A stretch of 64,000 bases of DNA from a virus (lineage: Duplodnaviria > Caudoviricetes). Position numbers and translations under genes: made by a program. The DNA lies in IMG/VR virus record IMGVR_UViG_3300015050_001523, positions 128,001 through 192,000 of that record; one strand, written 5' to 3'. The notes below the pieces were generated by a model. It searched no databases and was not told the DNA's origin. It saw only the letters and a list, made by a program, of their open reading frames with translations. This document shows, piece after piece, positions 1-9,043 of the stretch (position 1 is the first letter of the stretch; each line of letters starts with the position of its first letter).

Positions 1-1
1 C

Positions 2-175
2 GAGGATAACTTTGATGGGGAAATGGCTCTCGTTATCCGACAGATCGCTAACAAGATCCCACGGCTTCAAGCCCGGCGACCAGGGTGCGTATGTTCCTGG
101 CCCGAGGGCGATGATACCCTATTTGACAGCAATGGCAACACGATCGGCAGCATCGCCTATAAGGAAGCCAAGTAA
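2..175 (+). CDS. Partial small phage hypothetical protein (runs off 5' edge)
   Basis: Open frame from 2 (EDNFDGEMALVIRQIANKI...LFDSNGNTIGSIAYKEAK*); stop TAA overlaps next ATG (TAATG). Confidence 0.6.
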   Translation, partial: EDNFDGEMALVIRQIANKIPRLQARRPGCVCSWPEGDDTLFDSNGNTIGSIAYKEAK

Positions 176-531
176 TGAAAGTTCGCAAACCTAAAACCGA
201 AGCTGAAGATATGGCAATGTCTGCGCGGGCTCTGGATTTTCTTATTGAAAAAGAAAACAATTGGATTCCTATCGACGCTCCCAAGACACGAATGGATAAA
301 GTCCATTGTCAGCATATCCATATTGACAATGGCGGAATCTCAATGTCGGTTGAGGATACTGGGAAGAGCATCAATTTTGAAATATCTGCCCAATATTTTG
401 GATATCCGGCAATTTCGGCTTCTATGAACATTCAGGACCACGCAATCGAATTTGTTTCTGCGCTGAGGAAGCTAGCAGATTCCGTTGAAAAAGACATCGA
501 AAATATCAATTGGCAGGAACGATACGAATAA
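175..531 (+). CDS. Hypothetical protein (118 aa)
   Basis: ORF track; coupled to upstream stop. Confidence 0.75.
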   Translation: MKVRKPKTEAEDMAMSARALDFLIEKENNWIPIDAPKTRMDKVHCQHIHIDNGGISMSVEDTGKSINFEISAQYFGYPAISASMNIQDHAIEFVSALRKLADSVEKDIENINWQERYE

Positions 532-546
532 AGAAAAGGATGCCAT

Positions 547-614
547 TTGGCATCCTTTTTGCATGGCCAATTTTTATTAATTAATAATTTAACGATATGC
601 AAAAAAGATGCCAA
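547..614. promoter_or_regulatory. Convergent pair of sigma54-like -24/-12 boxes symmetric about TTATTAATTAATAA
   Basis: TTGGCATCCTTTTTGCA at 547-563 (+) and TTGGCATCTTTTTTGCA at 598-614 (-); each GC is 19 bp from the palindrome centre (580.5). Confidence 0.7.
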
Positions 615-641
615 GCTTGGCATCTTTCAATGTTACCAGAG

Positions 642-770
642 TCAGTCTCGCCTGGATGGCACGGCCGGCCATTGGCAGGCACACTTGGCAGTTCCACAGC
701 TCGAAGGGATCCAAATGTTCCCGCACCACGGACAGCGCGGGAAGGTCTTGGTCTTGGTCTTGGTTTCCAT
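642..770 (-). CDS. 42-aa Cys-rich microprotein (METKTKTKTFPRCPWCGNIWIPSSCGTAKCACQWPAVPSRRD), absent from ORF track
   Basis: ATG lies 6 nt downstream of TTGCGT-N16-TATGCT (804-777), the same geometry as neighbouring genes; CxxC plus CxxxxCxC. Confidence 0.7.
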   Translation of the reverse strand: METKTKTKTFPRCPWCGNIWIPSSCGTAKCACQWPAVPSRRD

Positions 771-882
771 AAACTAAGCATAACGTATTCTGGCGAGAAC
801 GCAACCCAGTTCAGTGATTTATTTTTGGCATTCTTTATGCATGCTTAAAATTTATTAATTAATTAAAAAAGAACATTAAAAG

Positions 883-905
883 AAAAGGCGCATTATGCGC
901 CTTTT
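883..905. terminator. Bidirectional intrinsic terminator (representative of about 18 similar ones in 0.9-12.6 kb)
   Basis: AAAAGGCGC-ATTAT-GCGCCTTTT; near-identical hairpins near 1957, 2360, 3541, 4457, 5779, 6303, 8731, 9063, 9555, 10074, 10696, 11064, 11605, 11978, 12545. Confidence 0.85.
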
Positions 906-907
906 GG

Positions 908-1453
908 TTATCGGGCCGTCATTTCTCCGAGCCAAAGCTTGGCATCCTTACTGTCTCGAAAGATAACAAAGCTGGCATCAATAACAAACCATCCAATATA
1001 ATTTAGATCTTTCATTCGTGGTTCTTCCTTATGGCGCAAGGCTGGCCGATCGTTATGTTGGTCTTCAACCAGCATGACTGCCATATCAAACTTTTCTTCG
1101 GGGCCAACAAACCAACCAAAGCTGCTATCTCCAACTTTGATTTCCTTAAAGGACAGAGCCTTGACAGCATGCAAAGCTCGCATTTCTCGCAAGGCGCTCG
1201 GCAAAGCTCCAAATTCAAACTCGGCCGAGCCCATATAATCGAAAGAGAAGTATTGGTCAACACCTTTACTTTGGCCTACAGAATGCTTCTTCGCACAAAT
1301 CCGCTGTACCAAATAAGTCGCCCGAGAAGGATAATTAATCTTCTCCCAATCAAGGCGCTGCTGACGCTGTGACTTTGTGGACTTTGTTTGCGAATCAGGT
1401 TGCGGCTTGGTCCAAGTGTTCGCAGAATTCATCAGTGACTTTAGGCTGGCCAT
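908..1453 (-). CDS. Hypothetical protein (181 aa), leaderless
   Basis: ORF track; TTGCAT-N16-TATCCT-N6-ATG upstream. Confidence 0.8.
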   Translation of the reverse strand: MASLKSLMNSANTWTKPQPDSQTKSTKSQRQQRLDWEKINYPSRATYLVQRICAKKHSVGQSKGVDQYFSFDYMGSAEFEFGALPSALREMRALHAVKALSFKEIKVGDSSFGWFVGPEEKFDMAVMLVEDQHNDRPALRHKEEPRMKDLNYIGWFVIDASFVIFRDSKDAKLWLGEMTAR

Positions 1454-1548
1454 GATTAAAAGGATAGCCTATCCGAATCAGGATGCAAGGCCAAAAATAA
1501 ATTTATTTTGATGTTGCGCGAGCGACCTTTATGGACCATCCTATAATC

Positions 1549-1953
1549 ATGGAAACCGAAGCCGCCGCTATCACTCTCAAGCCCGAGCCCACCAATAGCA
1601 AAGAAGAGCTTTTGCTGGCAAAGATTCCGATGCCTGACAGCGCCAATCAAAAGGAAGGCACGCGAAATGAATTGGAGATAAAGGTTCGGTATATCAAGGA
1701 TGGAATGGGAAGGCTCGGCGGCCGAGGCTTTTTCCTAACCATTCATGGATATGCGGTTGAAGGTCTATTTAAAACCTTTATGCTTTGTCAGGACCCTTCG
1801 GAGTATATCTTTGTCGAGCCCTGTCAGCGATTTGGCGCAAAGGCCATGAATCAGGCCGCTTCCCGCGCTTGCGGAGAAGAATTTCGCGCTAAGATCGAAA
1901 AAGAGGTTGTCAAGGCACAAAAGTATTATCTTGGAAAGACTTTTCCAATGTAA
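1549..1953 (+). CDS. Hypothetical protein, leaderless (start revised from 1531)
   Basis: TTGCGC-N17-CATCCT-N6-ATG. Confidence 0.75.
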   Translation: METEAAAITLKPEPTNSKEELLLAKIPMPDSANQKEGTRNELEIKVRYIKDGMGRLGGRGFFLTIHGYAVEGLFKTFMLCQDPSEYIFVEPCQRFGAKAMNQAASRACGEEFRAKIEKEVVKAQKYYLGKTFPM

Positions 1954-2111
1954 ATCAAAAGGCGCATAAAGCGCCTTTCTTTTTAAATGTTCTTTTTTAT
2001 TAATTAATAACAAGCCTTATGCATTAGCCATGCCAAGCGCCTTTGGCGCGGCATGAAATTAAAGATCGGTTTGAGGTTGCATCTTCGGAAAAATGCTTCA
2101 TGCTAAAAGAG

Positions 2112-2348
2112 ATGAAAGACAAGCCTCTTTATCCAGGAAATGTTTATGACAACCCGATTAAGGGGTATAACACCCTTTATGATGAGGTAAATATTGTGAT
2201 TAGGGAACTTGAGCGCCTTCGCAAGTTTGCTCATGATGATTCTCTCAAAAATGAACATGCACTTCACCGAGAAAATGCTTTAGGCCGAACTTGTGCCTAC
2301 GAAACTGCCAAATCATTGCTTAGTGATATCTTTGTTCGTCTTGAATGA
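2112..2348 (+). CDS. Hypothetical protein (start revised from 2043)
   Basis: TTGCAT(2077)-N16-CATGCT-N7-ATG. Confidence 0.7.
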   Translation: MKDKPLYPGNVYDNPIKGYNTLYDEVNIVIRELERLRKFAHDDSLKNEHALHRENALGRTCAYETAKSLLSDIFVRLE

Positions 2349-2529
2349 AACGATCCACTAAAAAGGCGCATAAAGCGCCTTTCTTTTAAATGTTCTTTTT
2401 TATTAATTAATAAATTAAGCCCATGCAAAAAGGATGCCAATGCGCCAAAGGCGCGGCATGAAATTAAAATCGATTTGGCCTTGCATCTTAGCTGGAATGC
2501 ATTATCATCAGAAGAGGAGCTAAAGAAAA

Positions 2530-2781
2530 ATGTCACGCACTACTCGAACGGTTCCAGGACATATGATTGATCGCGGCAGTTTGACAATTACTCCTGCCAT
2601 GCAAGATTATTTGGTGAAGGTTCAGCGAGGCCAGGCTCGGGCTGTAAGCACCGTTGTTTGCGAGCATGGCTGGCCCGAGCATATTTCCGGTTCAGACCGC
2701 AAGCGAATCAAGCGCTTTGTGGCGAAGGTTCGCCGCCGTCAGGCTCGGCAAGATATCCGAGATTCTTTTATGCTTGGCTGA
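2530..2781 (+). CDS. Small basic hypothetical protein (83 aa)
   Basis: TTGCAT(2481)-N16-TATCAT promoter; AGAGGAG SD. Confidence 0.75.
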   Translation: MSRTTRTVPGHMIDRGSLTITPAMQDYLVKVQRGQARAVSTVVCEHGWPEHISGSDRKRIKRFVAKVRRRQARQDIRDSFMLG

Positions 2782-2792
2782 GTCACCGCTAT

Positions 2793-3107
2793 ATGAATAA
2801 TCTCTCCGACCAAACCGCTTGCATCCATCCCAATCTCGCATCGCTTATTGCTGAGGAATTTACCCAATTTGGCTTTGTGCGAGTTAACCTCACAAACGGC
2901 TACGTGATCGAAATCGAACTTTACGATAGCGGTAACACCGCCGTGGTGGTCCGCGCGCCCGTAACGGAGCGATCCCCCTATGGAGGTTGCGATCTTATTT
3001 ACCAAACCAAGACTAAGCCCGCATCGGTTGCGATTGATGCGATGATGGCGCGGATCGTTGAATGGATGCGTCCGAAGACCGAGCCTGCTGACCTTGCACC
3101 ATTCTGA
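2793..3107 (+). CDS. Hypothetical protein (104 aa; start revised from 2658)
   Basis: In-frame ATG just after the upstream stop. Confidence 0.7.
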   Translation: MNNLSDQTACIHPNLASLIAEEFTQFGFVRVNLTNGYVIEIELYDSGNTAVVVRAPVTERSPYGGCDLIYQTKTKPASVAIDAMMARIVEWMRPKTEPADLAPF

Positions 3108-3220
3108 GAATCGAGGATGCCAGATTAAATCTGGCATCCTTTTTGCATTCTGGTTTAATTATTAATTAATAACTTTCTTTAAAATAAAAAGAGCGCAATA
3201 AATGCTGCGCTCTTTTTCCA

Positions 3221-3490
3221 TTAATAAAGTGTAAAGTTTTGGGCTGGACTTGGGCTTAGTCCGTTTAAAACGCATGCTCCAATTGCAGCAACCAAAGTAG
3301 AGGCATTATTCGTATTAAATTCGTATCCAACATATCGCTTTCCTTTGTGCATCCTGGTTTTATCCGAGCCTCCCCAAATGCAAAGTTTGTTCAAGTCTGT
3401 GCGAAGCTCGGGAGCCGAATCTTCACAAACAAAGATCCGATGTCCATAATAGGTTCCGCCAAGAACGACCACAAACTTTGGATTCTCCAT
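3221..3490 (-). CDS. Hypothetical protein (89 aa), leaderless
   Basis: TTGCTT-N16-TAGACT-N6-ATG. Confidence 0.75.
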   Translation of the reverse strand: MENPKFVVVLGGTYYGHRIFVCEDSAPELRTDLNKLCIWGGSDKTRMHKGKRYVGYEFNTNNASTLVAAIGACVLNGLSPSPAQNFTLY

Positions 3491-3568
3491 ATATAGAGTC
3501 TAATTCATGCTGAGCCAAAAGCAAGAAAGAAATCCTAAAAAAAAAGGCGCCTAAAGCGCCTTTCCTCG

Positions 3569-3766
3569 TTATTGAAGGTTAGCTAGAAATTTAGAGATCC
3601 TTTCACGAACCCATGGGTTTTCTGGGTCGTGCTCAATCGAGCCGCTTGCGGAGCTTTGGAAGGTGCTCGTGATTGCAAGAGGCGAGCCATAATGGCCCGT
3701 GCATCCGCGAAACATGCGAGCATCAATAACATCTGCCATGGTCATTTGAATAGAATTATTATTCAT
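3569..3766 (-). CDS. Hypothetical protein (65 aa)
   Basis: ORF track; follows 3773-4003 and precedes a terminator. Confidence 0.6.
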   Translation of the reverse strand: MNNNSIQMTMADVIDARMFRGCTGHYGSPLAITSTFQSSASGSIEHDPENPWVRERISKFLANLQ

Positions 3767-3772
3767 GATCTA

Positions 3773-4003
3773 TCATCCTTGCCAATTGCGCGGACGTGGA
3801 ACCGGCGGATCGTGCGGGTGTGGCTGGGCTTGAATAACAACCACTTCTGGCAAGAACCAGGACAAGTGTCCCGATGCCATGTTATAGCCAGCCAACCTTC
3901 CGCGCTCGTCGTAACGTGTTAGTCGCTTGTGTTTGGCACCGCTCCAAAACATATCTCCGTCTACAAGCTCGGACAGTGGAACTTTGATTGGGTCAGTCAC
4001 CAT
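3773..4003 (-). CDS. Hypothetical protein (76 aa; GTG at 4000 is an alternative start)
   Basis: TTGCAT-N16-CATTAT promoter, duplicated upstream of 4323. Confidence 0.65.
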   Translation of the reverse strand: MVTDPIKVPLSELVDGDMFWSGAKHKRLTRYDERGRLAGYNMASGHLSWFLPEVVVIQAQPHPHDPPVPRPRNWQG

Positions 4004-4137
4004 CTAATAATGCCAGAAGAAAGACAGGATGCAAGCAGACTTAATGATTTATTTTTTGCCGTGCCAAGGCACGGCTCATGCATGATGCTTGTTATTAATT
4101 AAGATTTTAATGCTAAATGCGCCAAAGGCGCTTCTTT

Positions 4138-4323
4138 TCAGTCGGACTTGCGCTTTGTGTCGGCCGCAATTTGAATCGCTCGTGCCGCAGCCGTAATTGC
4201 TGACAAGACGGCCGGCAACTGAGTAACTGCGAGAAAGCTCAGATCGCTGGCGAGCTTGCCGTATTTGCGAGCAGCATCCGCGATCTCCTTTTGAGTTTCG
4301 TTGTTGAGTATTGGATCAGCCAT
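4138..4323 (-). CDS. Small helical hypothetical protein (61 aa), leaderless
   Basis: TTGCAT-N16-CATTAT-N6-ATG. Confidence 0.7.
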   Translation of the reverse strand: MADPILNNETQKEIADAARKYGKLASDLSFLAVTQLPAVLSAITAAARAIQIAADTKRKSD

Positions 4324-4484
4324 AAGCTAATAATGCCAGAAGAAAGACAAGATGCAAGTACCTTCTGTCTATATTTATTTATTCCGCGCCTTTGGCGCTT
4401 GGCATCCTTTATGCATGAAAGTTTTTATTAATTAATTAATAACGGAACCTTAAATGAAAAAGGCGCTTTATGCGCCTTTTCAAA

Positions 4485-4937
4485 TTATTCGCACTTATTA
4501 TTGGAATCGATTGACGTCCAACAGCCAGAGTGTGGACCGACTTCGCCGATTTCCTCGTCAAGCATCAAAGCATAAACGGGAAAAAAGATAGAACCTCCAC
4601 CATGACTGTTAAAGTAAGGGAACCTCGCATCAATCGCTGTGCAGAGCGGCATGGTAATTGCACGATACAGAATCTCGGAATCAGAAGGTGCAATTTCCTT
4701 TCCATCATAATCGATAATGGAGGCAACAACCATCTTTCCAAGAGAGTCAACAATCGACTTGTAAGAATTGTCGACAATTTCGACCTTGATTCCTTCGGCG
4801 CTCAATTCCGCATGGATCTTCAAAGCCTTTTCGAAGGTATGATATTCTCCCTCAAAAACTCGCCTTCCGCTTCCATTACCAGGAACGCTAGGAACGAAAG
4901 AGAGGACAGCAAACGGAGCATTGATTGGCTGGCTCAT
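4485..4937 (-). CDS. Hypothetical protein (150 aa; start revised from 5105)
   Basis: TTGCTC-N16-TATCTT-N7-ATG. Confidence 0.7.
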   Translation of the reverse strand: MSQPINAPFAVLSFVPSVPGNGSGRRVFEGEYHTFEKALKIHAELSAEGIKVEIVDNSYKSIVDSLGKMVVASIIDYDGKEIAPSDSEILYRAITMPLCTAIDARFPYFNSHGGGSIFFPVYALMLDEEIGEVGPHSGCWTSIDSNNKCE

Positions 4938-5033
4938 CCCTAACAAGATAGCATCCTCCAATGAGCGAGCAACGATTAAAATAAATTTATTTTCGTTCTT
5001 GACTCTCTCGGATTCTCGGCCAGACTTATAATC

Positions 5034-5321
5034 ATGACCCGCCAGATCGCCATCGCTGAAGCTGCTCGGCCTTTCTATGTTGTGGAGGTTGCGCCGACCT
5101 ACCATCCTGTTACAGATGGAATTACTGGTTACCGCGAATACCGCGAAAGCGAAGCAAGCTACGAAACCTTTGGTGGCGCTAGCTGGCGCGTTGGAATGCT
5201 GGATCGGCGATATGGCGGGGATGTCTGGTATGCGATTCGTGATGCGCTTGGGCGTAGTGTTTACTTCCCGCGAGTCGAGCCCGAGCAGGCACCTTGCGAG
5301 GATGGCGATATTCCGTTCTAA
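5034..5321 (+). CDS. Hypothetical protein (95 aa)
   Basis: TTGACT(4999)-N16-CAGACT-N7-ATG. Confidence 0.75.
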   Translation: MTRQIAIAEAARPFYVVEVAPTYHPVTDGITGYREYRESEASYETFGGASWRVGMLDRRYGGDVWYAIRDALGRSVYFPRVEPEQAPCEDGDIPF

Positions 5322-5357
5322 GCTTGCATCCCATCATTTTCGAGGTATAACTCTCTC

Positions 5358-5792
5358 ATGGAAACCGCCGAGTCTTTTATTTCCAAGTTGAATCTTTCTT
5401 TTACTGAAAGCTTCCCTAACGGATTCATTTCGACTCAGATTCACCGGTCACTTTGCAAGGCTGATGCCTTTAAAATTTATGTTGTTTTTACGATTCTTCC
5501 GCTTGGAGCGCAAACAAACGGAATCGTTGAAAACGATCCGAGCCTGAACAAATTTTTCATTTACATCGGCGAAAATCTTGAATCTTTGCCGGAATCGATC
5601 CAAACTGATCTATTCCAAGGAAATAGGCTTTACAGCCCAAAGGGACCGCAAGCGGGCAGCGAAAAGCTGGGCTGGCGCAATGGCAAGGCATCGGCCGAAA
5701 AGATCCTAAAAAAGTTTGATCTTTTCTTTAAGAAGGTTCGGGCGATGGTCGATGCCAATGGTGGAATTGAGGCTTATCAAAAGAGCGCATAA
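5358..5792 (+). CDS. Hypothetical protein (144 aa)
   Basis: TTGCAT(5324)-N16-TATAAC-N6-ATG. Confidence 0.8.
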   Translation: METAESFISKLNLSFTESFPNGFISTQIHRSLCKADAFKIYVVFTILPLGAQTNGIVENDPSLNKFFIYIGENLESLPESIQTDLFQGNRLYSPKGPQAGSEKLGWRNGKASAEKILKKFDLFFKKVRAMVDANGGIEAYQKSA

Positions 5793-5935
5793 CGCGCTCT
5801 TTTTCTTTTTAAGATCATGGCTTATTAATTAACAAGAAAAGCCATGCAGGAAGCATGCCAAGCGCCAAAGGCGCTGCATAAAATAAACCGTCAAAGTCCG
5901 CTTGCATCTTGGCTTCTATGAGGTATCATTACATC

Positions 5936-6199
5936 ATGCGAAATCGAAACTTTCTTCTTCCTTTGGTGCTTTGCTTTGGCTTTCTTATTGGCTGCACCGT
6001 GCCCAGCGATCGGGCTATGCACGTGCTAAAGGGAGCCGGTTATACTGAGGTCAACCTCGGTGATCATGCGTGGTATAGCTGCGGAAAGGATGATACCCTC
6101 GCAACTGAGTTTGTGGCCAAAGGTCCAAATGGCCAGCGTGTTCAGGGTGCGGTTTGTTGCGGTGTTTGGGGCAAGAGCTGCACCGTTCGGCTTGACTAG
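5936..6199 (+). CDS. Small lipoprotein (87 aa)
   Basis: TTGCAT(5902)-N16-TATCAT-N6-ATG; basic N-terminus, hydrophobic stretch, lipobox LIGC. Confidence 0.8.
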   Translation: MRNRNFLLPLVLCFGFLIGCTVPSDRAMHVLKGAGYTEVNLGDHAWYSCGKDDTLATEFVAKGPNGQRVQGAVCCGVWGKSCTVRLD

Positions 6200-6203
6200 A
6201 TTT

Positions 6204-6299
6204 ATGACGACCGCGATCGGTATGCCTCTAACAATTCTAGTATGCTTATTCTCTGGAATAGCCGTTTCGCTGCTCCTAAACAAGAAACGAAGGAGCTAA
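6204..6299 (+). CDS. Possible 31-aa single-TM peptide
   Basis: MTTAIGMPLTILVCLFSGIAVSLLLNKKRRS; hydrophobic core and basic tail; lies between a gene and a terminator. Confidence 0.4.
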   Translation: MTTAIGMPLTILVCLFSGIAVSLLLNKKRRS

Positions 6300-6459
6300 A
6301 CCTAAAGGCGCATTACGCGCCTTTTCTTCTTTGCCAAAAACATTTATTAATTAATAAAAATTCTTCATGCACAAGGCATGCCAAGGCGCCAAAGGCGCGG
6401 CATGAAATTAAAGATCGATTTGAGGTTGCATCTTGATTTGGATAGGTTATCCTTGGAGT

Positions 6460-6705
6460 ATGGGAAAGACGCAACGAAACCGGAAGCAGCAGTCCAAGGG
6501 CCAAGAAATGACCCGAGCCGCCGCCCGAGCATACATGGTTCGAAACCTCAAGGATTACACCGATCGAATCAGCGGCGATGTCAATCTGACCCGCCTCGCC
6601 GAGTCATGTTGTCAAGCTTTCAATTGTAACCATGATGGTGGTCCCCTCGATCAAGAGGATCATTGGATTTGGGATGTTACCGCGGATTTCTCAAATATCC
6701 GGTAA
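6460..6705 (+). CDS. Hypothetical protein (start revised from 6433)
   Basis: TTGCAT(6426)-N16-TATCCT-N6-ATG. Confidence 0.75.
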   Translation: MGKTQRNRKQQSKGQEMTRAAARAYMVRNLKDYTDRISGDVNLTRLAESCCQAFNCNHDGGPLDQEDHWIWDVTADFSNIR

Positions 6706-6712
6706 AACCCAT

Positions 6713-6943
6713 ATGACCACAATCCTAATGTTTTTCGTGGGAATCGTTGTTGGCACAATGATTGGCTGGATTCTTGGCTGGAGCCTCATTGTTATTTGTA
6801 GCTATCCTTTGGAATGGCTCCGAAGGCGCAAGCGACTCAAGGAATTTGAGCGCGAGGAGCGCGAAAAAGAAAATGATTTGATCCTCAACTTGGATCCTCA
6901 ACTTCTAACCGAGCTAATTCAAGCATTCCGAAACCAAAAGTAA
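6713..6943 (+). CDS. Small membrane protein
   Basis: N-terminal TM helix (MTTILMFFVGIVVGTMIGWILGWSLIVI) then charged tail. Confidence 0.7.
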   Translation: MTTILMFFVGIVVGTMIGWILGWSLIVICSYPLEWLRRRKRLKEFEREEREKENDLILNLDPQLLTELIQAFRNQK

Positions 6944-7058
6944 AAAAATCAAACGAAAAAATGGCGAATTTTCGCCATTTTTTGCTTAAGGTATCAGGTT
7001 ATTAATTAATTAATCTTAAGAATGCAAAAAATGTTCCAAAGGATTTCCTTTGGAACAT

Positions 7059-7160
7059 TGCACCAAATAGGATTTGAACCTATATCCCTCCAGACAACGC
7101 TGGTAGCACTTAATTCTTGCAAAAATCAGTGCAGTGCTTTACCCATTAAGCTATTGGTGC
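7059..7160 (-). ncRNA. Atypical 102-nt tRNA-like RNA (anticodon not assignable)
   Basis: Acceptor GCACCAA/TTGGTGC, D-arm GCTT-AATGGGTA-AAGC, T-arm ATAGG-TTCAAAT-CCTAT; about 52-nt central region with two hairpins; terminator hairpin at 7031-7058. Confidence 0.75.
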
Positions 7161-7405
7161 GATTTAAATTGCCCAGTCCCAAAAAGAACTTGACAAAAGA
7201 TAAAGCGCGAAAAGGCACATTCCAAAAACAGCGCAGGTTGCAACAACCATTGTCCAAGTAATAATGTCTGAAATGAGCATTTGGGTGGAGACCTTCATAT
7301 GCTTAATGATGGCAGAAAAAATCAGAAGCGCAAGCCATTTTTTCGTTTGATTTTTTGGCAAAAATTTAAATAAAAAAGGGAGCCCGACCGGCTCCCTTTC
7401 TCGCA

Positions 7406-7661
7406 TGTCTTTCCAGGCTGTCAAGCATGCCAAGATTTGATCAAAACTAGATTGTTCATGCTGAAACTTTCTAGCCTTTAGCTTGTCTTTCCAAGCTGTC
7501 AAGCATGCCAAGATTTGATCAAAACTAGATTGTTCATGCTGAAACTTTCTAGCCTTTAGCTTGTCTTTCCAAGCTGTCAAGCATACCAAGATTTGATCAA
7601 AACTAGATTGTTAATGCTGAAACTTTCTAGCCTTTAGCTTGTCTTTCCAAGCTGTCAAGCA
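7406..7661. repeat. 78-bp tandem repeat (about 3.3 copies), plus a solo core copy at 7770-7791
   Basis: TGTCTTTCCA recurs at 7406, 7484, 7562, 7640; core GCTTGTCTTTCCAAGCTGTCAA. Confidence 0.95.
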
Positions 7662-8315
7662 TATCTTTTTAAGATCCAGGTGCTATTATGCCGGATAGCC
7701 GCCTTTAAGACTGTTATTCCAAGTTAATCCCGACCAAGTGTGCAAAACAGCCAAAAAGTTTGGTCGAATGCTTGTCTTTCCAAGCTGTCAACCCTTAGAC
7801 TTGCGTCACAGGCTTTAAGAAGCTGTCCGCCGACTTTTCGGCGGAGCTAAGAGTTAGTTTTATCTGGACCATTCCAGTCGAGCCATTGGCTCTAATACAC
7901 TTTTTTTCAGAAATTTTTGTTAGGGGTTGAAAGCGACTTATCGCTTCGGAGGAGCCCGCGCAGTGTTATTAGATTTGTTCATTTTTGTCCTTTCAGACAG
8001 AAGATGGCTGAATCAGACAGAAGAGAAGATGGCCGAAGGAACCGTAATCAAGAAAACAAAGGTAAAAACGATGAAAGCGGTCGTCATTTTGGTTTCTTTC
8101 TGGCGGGAGAAGTTCTCCGCTGCCGACCCTCAAAGTATGAGGCATTCTGCCGAGGATGCAAGCCGCCTTTGACGATTTAATTTGCGGCGACAAAGGCGCC
8201 TTGGCATGGTTCATGCATGGCTTAATTTATTAATTAAGAACATTGCGTCAAAGGCGCAAAAAATTTAAGATCGATTTGGGCTTGCATCTTACCTTGGCCA
8301 TGGTATCCTGAAGTC

Positions 8316-8711
8316 ATGGCACTAACCAAAGCTGTCGCTGGTCTTGCTCGCGTGATGGGTCTCCAATCCTCGCGCTTGGCGCTCCCAAACGAAAAGGGAG
8401 ACGCAGAAGTTGCGCGATGCAAGAAATGCGCGAGCTACATTCTGAGCGAGAATCGCCATGACTTTGTGACTTGTTTTTGTGGCGCAGTTTCGATTGATGG
8501 TGGCCGAGACTACACGCGAATTACTGGAAATGACGAGGATTATGAACTTTTGTCGGTTGTGTTCGGATACGATACGGAGGAACAACTAAAACAAAAAATC
8601 CTAATTCTTTCCGCGCGATTAATGCCAAAAATTAATACAGAATTATATGGGCTCTTGCTCGAATTGATGCAAGCCGAAATTGAGCTAGATCGGGTTCGCG
8701 CTAGGCACTAA
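8316..8711 (+). CDS. Cys-rich putative Zn-binding phage protein (131 aa)
   Basis: CKKC...HDFVTCFCGAVSIDGGRDY motif; TTGCAT(8282)-N16-TATCCT-N6-ATG. Confidence 0.8.
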   Translation: MALTKAVAGLARVMGLQSSRLALPNEKGDAEVARCKKCASYILSENRHDFVTCFCGAVSIDGGRDYTRITGNDEDYELLSVVFGYDTEEQLKQKILILSARLMPKINTELYGLLLELMQAEIELDRVRARH

Positions 8712-8896
8712 ACAAACCAAACATTCCTTAAGAGCGCCTTGTGCGCCCTTTTCTTCTTGAGTTATTAATTAATAACAATTATCATGCATTAAGGATGCCA
8801 AGGCGCCTTTGGCGCGGCATAAAATAAATCGACCGAAGGCTTGCATCTTCTCTAGACTCTGATAAGATAAACCTGACTCCAAAAAGGAACCCAACC

Positions 8897-9043
8897 ATGC
8901 AAAAGTTCATCATCGCCTCCATCATCGCTTTTTCTCTCTTTCTTTCTGGTTGCGATCTCGCCGAGCAGGGTTACACTTGCGACGACGCTGGTCAGCTTAT
9001 CGAGCCGACCGGAAAGCCGACCGGCCTGCCCTGTCCTTTCTGA
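8897..9043 (+). CDS. 48-aa lipoprotein, absent from ORF track
   Basis: MQKFIIASIIAFSLFLSGCDLAEQ...; lipobox LSGC; AAGGA SD; TTGCAT(8841)-N16-TAAGAT. Confidence 0.75.
   Translation: MQKFIIASIIAFSLFLSGCDLAEQGYTCDDAGQLIEPTGKPTGLPCPF

Noticed and set aside
7164-7589. ORF with 26-aa repeats
   Set aside because: Likely a by-product of the 78-bp repeat: the next unit has an in-frame stop and there is no promoter or SD matching the local pattern
7406-7791. CRISPR array
   Set aside because: Intervening sequences are essentially identical (true tandem repeat) and there are no cas genes in the window
7917-8180. CDS in the 7.9-8.2 kb gap
   Set aside because: Two competing short frames, with neither a promoter of the local type nor clear coding signal
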